From Myxococcales bacterium (lineage in GTDB: Bacteria > Myxococcota_A > Polyangia > JAAYKL01), in the NCBI GenBank assembly GCA_012522445.1, contig JAAYKL010000053.1, positions 1,960-65,959 on the forward strand: 64,000 nt of DNA. The letters run 5' to 3'. The translations under genes were made by a program, and so were the position numbers. Under the pieces are notes generated by a model, which saw only the letters and a list, made by a program, of their open reading frames with translations, was not told the DNA's origin and did not search any database. Below, piece after piece: positions 13,101-18,424 of this stretch. Position 1 is the stretch's first letter. The number at the start of each line of letters is the position of its first letter.

Positions 13101-13795
13101 AACTGCGCGCTCTGCGCCTTGATCTTGTTGAGCTCCGCGCTGGCTTGTCGCCACAAGTTGCGCGCCTCTTCGGCCTCGGCTTTCACCATGGCCACTTCGC
13201 GACCCGCATCCTGTTTGGCGCGTGCAATTTCATCGCTGGCGTTTTTCTCGATCTCAGCGATGCGCGCGGCACTGGACAAGGAGATCTCCTGTTCCGAGTC
13301 CTGTTTGGCGGATGGTTTGGCGGCGCTGGGCTCACCGTTGAGCACCACCACCAAATTGTTGCCATCCACCTTCACTCGGTACGCGGCTTCGTCTTTAAAG
13401 CCGATCATCACGCGACTGACGCGCACCTTGCCCGAGGTGAACTCGGAAACAGCAACACCGTCGATAAGCGCGGTCTTGCGATCCGACACCGCCGGCACGC
13501 CGTTGATGTTGCTATTGGCCAAATCAATGACCAATCGGCGCGGAGACGCGAGCTTGAAGGCGGTGTACATCGGGCGTTCCGAACCGACGATGGTCACGAC
13601 CGTCTGGGCGCCTTTCTGACTCACCTGAATATCGCGAATCCGGTTGCTGGCCTCCGTCGGCGTCGATGCCATAACGTAGCTGGCACAGACAGCTACGCCG
13701 AGCATTGCCATCAATGCCCGTGCCCATTTGTTTGCTGTTTTCGGGGACCTCATCATTGCCCTCTCCTTGCTAACACCGCTGGTCAATGTGTTCAC
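10148..13795 (-). CDS. pilQ: Type IV pilus secretin PilQ with two AMIN-like domains separated by a very long coiled-coil insertion
   Basis: 1215 aa. AMIN-like N-terminal domain (IRDIQVSQKGAQTVVTIVGS..RRLVIDLAN). Second AMIN-like domain (ISDIRFVNSSTGQKILIQTDG..VLVLEF). N0/secretin core (VNIITADDVKGSVTIRMRNVPWDQALD..; VLIEGRIVEATSSYAREIGIQWGG; PFFGDIPVLGWLFKS). Confidence 0.9.
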   Translation of the reverse strand: MNTLTSGVSKERAMMRSPKTANKWARALMAMLGVAVCASYVMASTPTEASNRIRDIQVSQKGAQTVVTIVGSERPMYTAFKLASPRRLVIDLANSNINGVPAVSDRKTALIDGVAVSEFTSGKVRVSRVMIGFKDEAAYRVKVDGNNLVVVLNGEPSAAKPSAKQDSEQEISLSSAARIAEIEKNASDEIARAKQDAGREVAMVKAEAEEARNLWRQASAELNKIKAQSAQLESEIQRTSAEREAANQALKEALRKEEQSREALLKGASQADKKVAEKIRSLSVQIERANAEAAQERARREGLEQRLGALQGDLDKAQREAETAKQAQAQAVKNADDMKAQMTEATLATSRARDKAQAANQAQREAQRAYAEASKGEQAKLRAELEHRKREAASARKELAASRQKQTALDGQLTQALNDLRASERKMNNADKRYAELDKQAARERARYQQQIAQMGEAVTQAEAQAKQADAARKVAEGKLSHLRVDADAKLQKERQTAEQAVAEARKNLQKAEQSKAAAEKAAANADAGLKQAKSAEEAARQRIDEVEKNLRLANNTIAQQQERIRELEQQGKAKETSAPAASANRKPTQEELRLQRLAEMKGGADAKPAAAKGKSTPKAAAAQKPASRISDIRFVNSSTGQKILIQTDGPVRYTKSGNEDRVLVLEFPTAALDPALERTLDVRDFGGAIEQISSFRQKDSVRVEVSLNGRTRTDVREKDGNIEWTFALHKPAAAPGLDKAGPKGNTTRVVHREAAGDYEYPQERTAAYSVKLNTFGKKGANYTGRRIDLDFKDADIHNILRLLSDVGQVNIITADDVKGSVTIRMRNVPWDQALDVILHTKGLGKVRDGNLIRVAPLSSLEQEFEREMERIAMSRALEPLETRLIPISYATAAELMPRAQDMLTERGKLSVDARTNVIIARDTANSLDQIEALIRNLDTQTPQVLIEGRIVEATSSYAREIGIQWGGDFSASAATGNPTGLAFPSSIGVAGGATDDQAPTAGLSPVSGAQPNPNYAVNLPAPAGTGSGGALGIALGSIANNANLSLRLSAMEEEGTLRILSSPKVLTLDNRKAYIEQGTMIPYSRVSASGVQTAFKEAKLNLTVTPHVTADGAVLMQINMTRDEPDFNNKGARGDPTILKREVSTELLVSDGHTAVIGGIFTRNHGQSFKKVPFFGDIPVLGWLFKSRSDSDRRTEMLIFITPTIVNRAESIGQ

Positions 13796-13882
13796 ATGAA
13801 CACACGCATGGCTCAGTGTGCACCTTTATCCTACACAAGCGCACCTTGCGTCACAAATTTTTGGCCTACTTTTTTTGAAAAT

Positions 13883-14551
13883 TTATTTGCTGGGGTAAAG
13901 CGGGATGAAACGGGTCACATCGTTTTCGGCTGGCGTTAGGGGATCATCGCGCACCAAGTAGATGCCGCGCTCCTCTTCTTTGCCGGCGGCGGTGATGCGG
14001 TGTACCTTCCAATTCAACTGAATTTTCTCGGCGCCGCTGCCCGAATCGACAAAGTCTGCCTTGCCCACATAATCCCCACGGCGCAGCACGACACCGACAT
14101 TTCCCGGGGTGAGCACCATGGCGCGCGGATCGCCGATGTTGGTGATAATGGCCACGAGCTTCAGTTGGGAGACGTCGTATTCCTCCAACTTCACCTCGCG
14201 CTGCACGCCCTTCACTGTGTCGGCGCCACGCACCAGGACCTCGACGAACGGGCGAAAGGGATCGCGGGTGTCCAGGTTCTCGATGAAATTGGATTCTGAG
14301 ATCGGCGGTATCAACGCTTCACTGGCCAGCTTGTCGGCATCGGCCTGGGCCACCAAACCCGCCCCGCCTTTTTGCTCGATTTTTTCACGTGCTTCCGGAG
14401 AAGGTCTGCCCAAAGCGGTGCCCTTTGGCTGCCGAAAGCGGCCTTCTTTCTTTTCCTCTTCGCAGCCCATGGCCAGAAACAGAAAAACCGCAGACAGCAA
14501 CAGAACAATGATTTTTTTGATTGCGCGATGCATTGTTTCTTCTGCTTTCAT
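13883..14551 (-). CDS. pilP: Type IV pilus assembly lipoprotein PilP
   Basis: Lipobox LFLAMGC, RDPFRPF motif, C-terminal beta domain (LKLVAIITNIGDPRAMVLTPGNVGVVLRRGDYVG), and position between pilO and pilQ. Confidence 0.8.
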   Translation of the reverse strand: MKAEETMHRAIKKIIVLLLSAVFLFLAMGCEEEKKEGRFRQPKGTALGRPSPEAREKIEQKGGAGLVAQADADKLASEALIPPISESNFIENLDTRDPFRPFVEVLVRGADTVKGVQREVKLEEYDVSQLKLVAIITNIGDPRAMVLTPGNVGVVLRRGDYVGKADFVDSGSGAEKIQLNWKVHRITAAGKEEERGIYLVRDDPLTPAENDVTRFIPLYPSK

Positions 14552-14559
14552 CCTCTTGG

Positions 14560-15153
14560 TTATTTCTTCGTGCTTGTTTTCTTGGCACCGGGATCTTTGG
14601 AGAGCGCACGGAACGTCGTGGCCATAAATTTGGCCGACAGCATGGTGCCCGACTCCGAGAGCACCGGATTCTCCAAAATGATGTTCTCAACGTTGATCAC
14701 GCGGTCCAATTTACCAATCTGGTAGAAAAACTTGGCGATTTGGTGGTAGCTGCCCGACAGCTCCAGCATGACGGGGATGCGGGCGTAATAGGCCTCCGGC
14801 GATTCGGCCAGCGGCTTAACCGACTTCAATTCGATGCCCGCCAGATCTGCCACCACGTTTAAACTGTTGAGGAATGACGCCATCTCGGATTCCGAGGGCA
14901 AAATCATCCGCTGCTTCACCGACGCGATTTCCAAATCATCCCGGCGCTTGCGATCCTCGTTGTAGGTCTTCTCGCGGATTTTGACGTCTTCCAGCTTGGT
15001 CTTCAGGGTTTTGTTTTCGCGCTCCAGCTTGGCGAGTTGATCGCGCGCGGGCGAAATTTTCAGAAACCAGAACAGCGCCGCAACCACCAGGACCAACACC
15101 ACGAGGATGGCCACCTTTTTCGACACCGCCATTTTTGCAAAATTGTCCAACAT
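14560..15153 (-). CDS. pilO: Type IV pilus assembly protein PilO
   Basis: 197 aa with a single N-terminal TM, a coiled coil, then a ferredoxin-like domain (IPVMLELSGSYHQIAKFFYQIGKLDRVINVENI). Gene order supports the call. Confidence 0.85.
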   Translation of the reverse strand: MLDNFAKMAVSKKVAILVVLVLVVAALFWFLKISPARDQLAKLERENKTLKTKLEDVKIREKTYNEDRKRRDDLEIASVKQRMILPSESEMASFLNSLNVVADLAGIELKSVKPLAESPEAYYARIPVMLELSGSYHQIAKFFYQIGKLDRVINVENIILENPVLSESGTMLSAKFMATTFRALSKDPGAKKTSTKK

Positions 15154-15167
15154 ACCCGGGACTCCTG

Positions 15168-15830
15168 CTATTTGTATTTCACGCTGCCAATCAGGGAAAA
15201 AGAAACCACCTTGTCCATGTTTTTGAGCTCCAGCCCCGAGGTCTTTACCTTGGGCACCGCCAAAGACGTGGACACCAACTCACTCGACACAAAGAAGTCT
15301 GAGAGGTTCAGCCGCCGCAAAAACTCCGCGACATCTTCGTGCGAGACGCCTTGTCCGGTGATGGTCACGTTGCGATCTTTTTCGCGAAAAGTGTTGATCC
15401 AGACCCGTCGAAAATCCCAGTCCTCGTCGTATCCGCGGATGGGGTTCTCTTTAATGAGGGCTTGGTAGCGATCGTTGTGAATGGTCGGTTTTCCCGAACG
15501 CGACAAAATGCGTGAGATCTCGAGCATCACGTTGACCGGGCCAGTTCTCGCCGCAACGAGGGCGTCGATGGCCTCCTGCCGCTTTATGTATTCGTCGATT
15601 TCTTTCAGGATCTCTTTGTGCTCCGCCATGCTGCTCTCGATGCGCTTAATTTGTGCATCCAGGGAGCCGTTCTCATTTTTTTGCGCCTTAATGTCGTCGC
15701 TGATGCCCATGAACATGATGAAGAGGATGAGCACCTCCACTGCGACGACGAGAAAGCCGATGATCAGTTGGTTGCGCAGGGCTTCTTTTTTGCGCTCTTG
15801 CTTAATGGGGAGAAGGTTGATTCTGATCAT
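15168..15830 (-). CDS. pilN: Type IV pilus assembly protein PilN
   Basis: Starts MIRINLLPIKQERKKE (the INLLP motif that binds PilM), followed by a TM helix and a periplasmic domain. Confidence 0.85.
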   Translation of the reverse strand: MIRINLLPIKQERKKEALRNQLIIGFLVVAVEVLILFIMFMGISDDIKAQKNENGSLDAQIKRIESSMAEHKEILKEIDEYIKRQEAIDALVAARTGPVNVMLEISRILSRSGKPTIHNDRYQALIKENPIRGYDEDWDFRRVWINTFREKDRNVTITGQGVSHEDVAEFLRRLNLSDFFVSSELVSTSLAVPKVKTSGLELKNMDKVVSFSLIGSVKYK

Positions 15831-15831
15831 T

Positions 15832-16893
15832 TCAGATGCGCTCCTTCTGCTTTCTCAATGCCAGCCCCAGACAAACCGAGGCCTGCGGAGCTTGCCGGCG
15901 CAACACCGTCGGGCTGAATTGCTTTTCGTCGAACAAGACACGGCGAAAGGGATCGAGCATCTCCACGGGAACCCGAGAGCGCCGCTCAATAGATGCGCGC
16001 ACCTGGGGTAGATTGGAGGTTCCGCCCGTGATGAAAATTTTGGCGATTTCTCCGTAGGTGCTAGTGGCCATGTAAAAATCGAGCGAACGTTGAATTTCGC
16101 CCGCCAAGGTGTCCACCACGGACGAGATGATTTCGTCCACCTCCCGCGGCACCACTTCCTGGGAGTCCTCAAGGCCGCCCGCTTTGTAGGCTTCGGCTTC
16201 CTCGTGGCTCACCTGCAGTTGCTTTTGAATTTCCTCGGTGATCAAGGCGCCGCCATTGGAGATGTCGCGGGTAAACTGCGAGACCCCTGCGTGCACGATG
16301 TTCACCGTGGTCACTTCGGCGCCGATGTTGAGCAGCGCCAGGGTTTCGTTGGCGGCAAAGCCGTAGTTCAATTCGTACACGTTTTGCACGACGAAGGCGT
16401 CGATATCCACCACCATGGGGGAGAGCTTCGCGCCCTTCACCACCTCGACCAAATCTTGGATTTCATCTTTTTTGGCCGCCACCAACAACACGTCCATCTG
16501 TCCGGCCTCTTCGTTGGAGCCCAAGATGTTGTAGTCGATTTCCACTTCGGAGATGTCGAAGGGGATGTGCTGCTCGGCCTCCCACTGAATTTGTTCTTCC
16601 AGCTCCTCGCGCTTCATCAACGGCAAGTTCAGCTTTTTAATGATCACCGAGTTGCCCGAAATCGAGAGGGCCACTTCTTTTTGCGAAATGCGCAAGTCTT
16701 TGAACAACTTACGCAATCCATCCACCACGGCGCTGTGGTTCATAACGTGCCCATCGACAATCGACTGCGGCGGCAGGGGTTCGATACCGTATTTTTGCAA
16801 GTGGTACCCCCGCCCCGACTTCCGCAGTTGGAGCGCCTTGATTGAAGATGTTCCGATATCCACACCAATGAGTTGTTTGCCTTCGAATATCAT
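15832..16893 (-). CDS. pilM: Type IV pilus assembly ATPase-fold protein PilM
   Basis: 353 aa, actin-like fold signature LIGVDIGTSSIKALQL. Followed 1 nt later by pilN. Confidence 0.92.
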   Translation of the reverse strand: MIFEGKQLIGVDIGTSSIKALQLRKSGRGYHLQKYGIEPLPPQSIVDGHVMNHSAVVDGLRKLFKDLRISQKEVALSISGNSVIIKKLNLPLMKREELEEQIQWEAEQHIPFDISEVEIDYNILGSNEEAGQMDVLLVAAKKDEIQDLVEVVKGAKLSPMVVDIDAFVVQNVYELNYGFAANETLALLNIGAEVTTVNIVHAGVSQFTRDISNGGALITEEIQKQLQVSHEEAEAYKAGGLEDSQEVVPREVDEIISSVVDTLAGEIQRSLDFYMATSTYGEIAKIFITGGTSNLPQVRASIERRSRVPVEMLDPFRRVLFDEKQFSPTVLRRQAPQASVCLGLALRKQKERI

Positions 16894-17358
16894 TCAGTCA
16901 TCCTCAAAAACTTTACGCCGATCGGCCACTTTTAGGCCGAGGGCTTTGAGTATCTTTCGCTTGGTGTCCATGCGGCATCCAAAACCATTTTCGATGCGCG
17001 TCACTGTCAACACGGACAACCCCGCCTTTCGGGCGAGTTCCGCCTTGCTCATCATTTGTTCCAATCGAATTTCGCGCAGGCGGTTGCGAACGGGCCGTGC
17101 GGGCTTCTTCGCAGCAGCGGTGCGCTGCGGATTGGCTTGTGGTGCTACCGTCGGCGCATCCGTCTTGGCCGCGTGCGCATCGTCGAGCAGCGGTCGCGCG
17201 CTGGGTGCATCCGCAGAGGTGTGCGCAACCCCCGTCGGGCCAGCTCCCGCGTCACGCGGTGTTGCAGTCTTGTTTTCAGGCTTATCCGGCATGCCTGTCA
17301 TCTCCCAATAAATCGCTTCACTCATTTCACTGTTTTCAAATTGTATGTAATTCACCAT
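16894..17358 (-). CDS. XRE-family helix-turn-helix protein (disordered N-terminus, C-terminal HTH)
   Basis: C-terminal LREIRLEQMMSKAELARKAGLSVLTVTRIENGFGC is a Cro/C1-type HTH. Its stop codon (16894-16896) directly abuts the pilM start codon (16891-16893). Confidence 0.7.
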   Translation of the reverse strand: MVNYIQFENSEMSEAIYWEMTGMPDKPENKTATPRDAGAGPTGVAHTSADAPSARPLLDDAHAAKTDAPTVAPQANPQRTAAAKKPARPVRNRLREIRLEQMMSKAELARKAGLSVLTVTRIENGFGCRMDTKRKILKALGLKVADRRKVFEDD

Positions 17359-17457
17359 TAAGTTAGTTAAAATTTAGCCCTCATTGAGCGGTAGTTTAAC
17401 GCCATCATTCTCACTCTTGGTGAAGCATAGGTCAAATTTTTTACCCCGAATTCCGAA

Positions 17458-17483
17458 CCACCCTCCCACACCACCCTCCCACA
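17458..17483. repeat. Perfect tandem duplication of a 13-bp unit CCACCCTCCCACA
   Basis: Read directly: ccaccctcccaca (17458-17470) followed by ccaccctcccaca (17471-17483). Confidence 0.9.
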
Positions 17484-17512
17484 CCAACGTCGCTGAATCG
17501 CCTCAGGCAAAG

Positions 17513-17528
17513 GTGTCAACTTTGACAC
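17513..17528. promoter_or_regulatory. 16-bp palindrome GTGTCAACTTTGACAC (candidate operator, copy 1)
   Basis: Inverted repeat GTGTCAA/TTGACAC with a 2-nt spacer, followed by TCCAAAACTTAGCC. Lies in the AT-rich divergent intergenic region. Confidence 0.4.
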
Positions 17529-17612
17529 TGTCCAAAACTTAGCCCTCACAGCAAAATCGCATAAACATCGAATTTTTATCTGCATTTTCCACAAAGAGGC
17601 ATCGCGCCAGGC

Positions 17613-17628
17613 GTGTCAGTTTTGACAC
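17613..17628. promoter_or_regulatory. 16-bp palindrome GTGTCAGTTTTGACAC (candidate operator, copy 2)
   Basis: GTGTCA-N4-TGACAC exactly 100 bp downstream of copy 1, followed by TCCAAAACTTTAACC. Confidence 0.4.
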
Positions 17629-17723
17629 TGAACTTTTGTTTCCAAAACTTTAACCAACTGAATTTATTGATATTTTTATTTGGCCCCTAATTTGCAGCCG
17701 TGTTTCGTAACCCTTTTGCAGAA

Positions 17724-18422
17724 ATGAATTATATGAAAACCAACAACCCAATGCACCCCAGCGCCAACCGCTCTACCGCCGACCATCACAGCTTTCAGGC
17801 CGTGGTCGTCCAACACATTCCCCTGGTACAAAAAATGGCCCGCCGCGTGGCCGCAAACGCTTCGGCCCACATCGCTTACGACGATTTGTTCAGCGCCGGC
17901 ACCCTGGGGCTCATCAACTCCGTGATCCGCAATCGCGGCGGCGAACCCCGCTCTTTCATCAGCTACATCAAAATACGCGTCCTCGGCGCCATGTACGACG
18001 AGCTGCGGGCCAGCCGCTGGCGCCCCCGACAATCCCCAAACGGCAGACGCGCCGCCAACCTCTCGCATGCCAGCCAGCCCGACACCATCGTATTGCTCGA
18101 AGATCTCGGCGGCACCCCAACCTGGCAACCCCACCATCCGAACCCCACCCCCGATCCCCACGAGGTCCTGTCGCGCAAGCAAACGCGGCGCACGCTCTAC
18201 AAGGCGCTGTCCACGCTTCCCGCGCGCGATCAATTGATTTTGCAGCTACATTATTTCAAAGGGATGAAAATGCGTGAAATCGGCGGTTTTCTCGGCATCT
18301 CCGAAGGTCGCGTGTCGCAAATCCATCACCGCGCCCTGGCGCGTGTCCGCCCATACATGCAAAACACCGCGTCGCCGCCCTGCCCCCAGGCACATAGCGC
18401 CCCCACAGCCGTGTCGAATTAA
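17724..18422 (+). CDS. Sigma-70 family RNA polymerase sigma factor, FliA/WhiG (sigma-28)-like
   Basis: Region 2 (HIPLVQKMARRV..YDDLFSAGTLGLINSV..YIKIRVLGAMYDELR) and region 4 HTH (LPARDQLILQLHYFKGMKMREIGGFLGISEGRVSQIHHRAL). Start could be GTG 17700, ATG 17724 or ATG 17733. Confidence 0.85.
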   Translation: MNYMKTNNPMHPSANRSTADHHSFQAVVVQHIPLVQKMARRVAANASAHIAYDDLFSAGTLGLINSVIRNRGGEPRSFISYIKIRVLGAMYDELRASRWRPRQSPNGRRAANLSHASQPDTIVLLEDLGGTPTWQPHHPNPTPDPHEVLSRKQTRRTLYKALSTLPARDQLILQLHYFKGMKMREIGGFLGISEGRVSQIHHRALARVRPYMQNTASPPCPQAHSAPTAVSN

Positions 18423-18424
18423 GC

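Noticed and set aside
11540-13122. Plus-strand ORFs (487 aa, 241 aa and others) inside the pilQ coiled-coil region
   Set aside because: They are antisense or off-frame readings of the Ala/Gln/Glu/Lys repeat-like coding sequence. The products are Leu/Arg/Cys-rich low complexity.
17367-17594. 75-aa minus-strand ORF inside the AT-rich pil/sigma intergenic region
   Set aside because: It has no RBS or homology cues and atypical composition. The region is better explained as a regulatory spacer containing palindromes and repeats.
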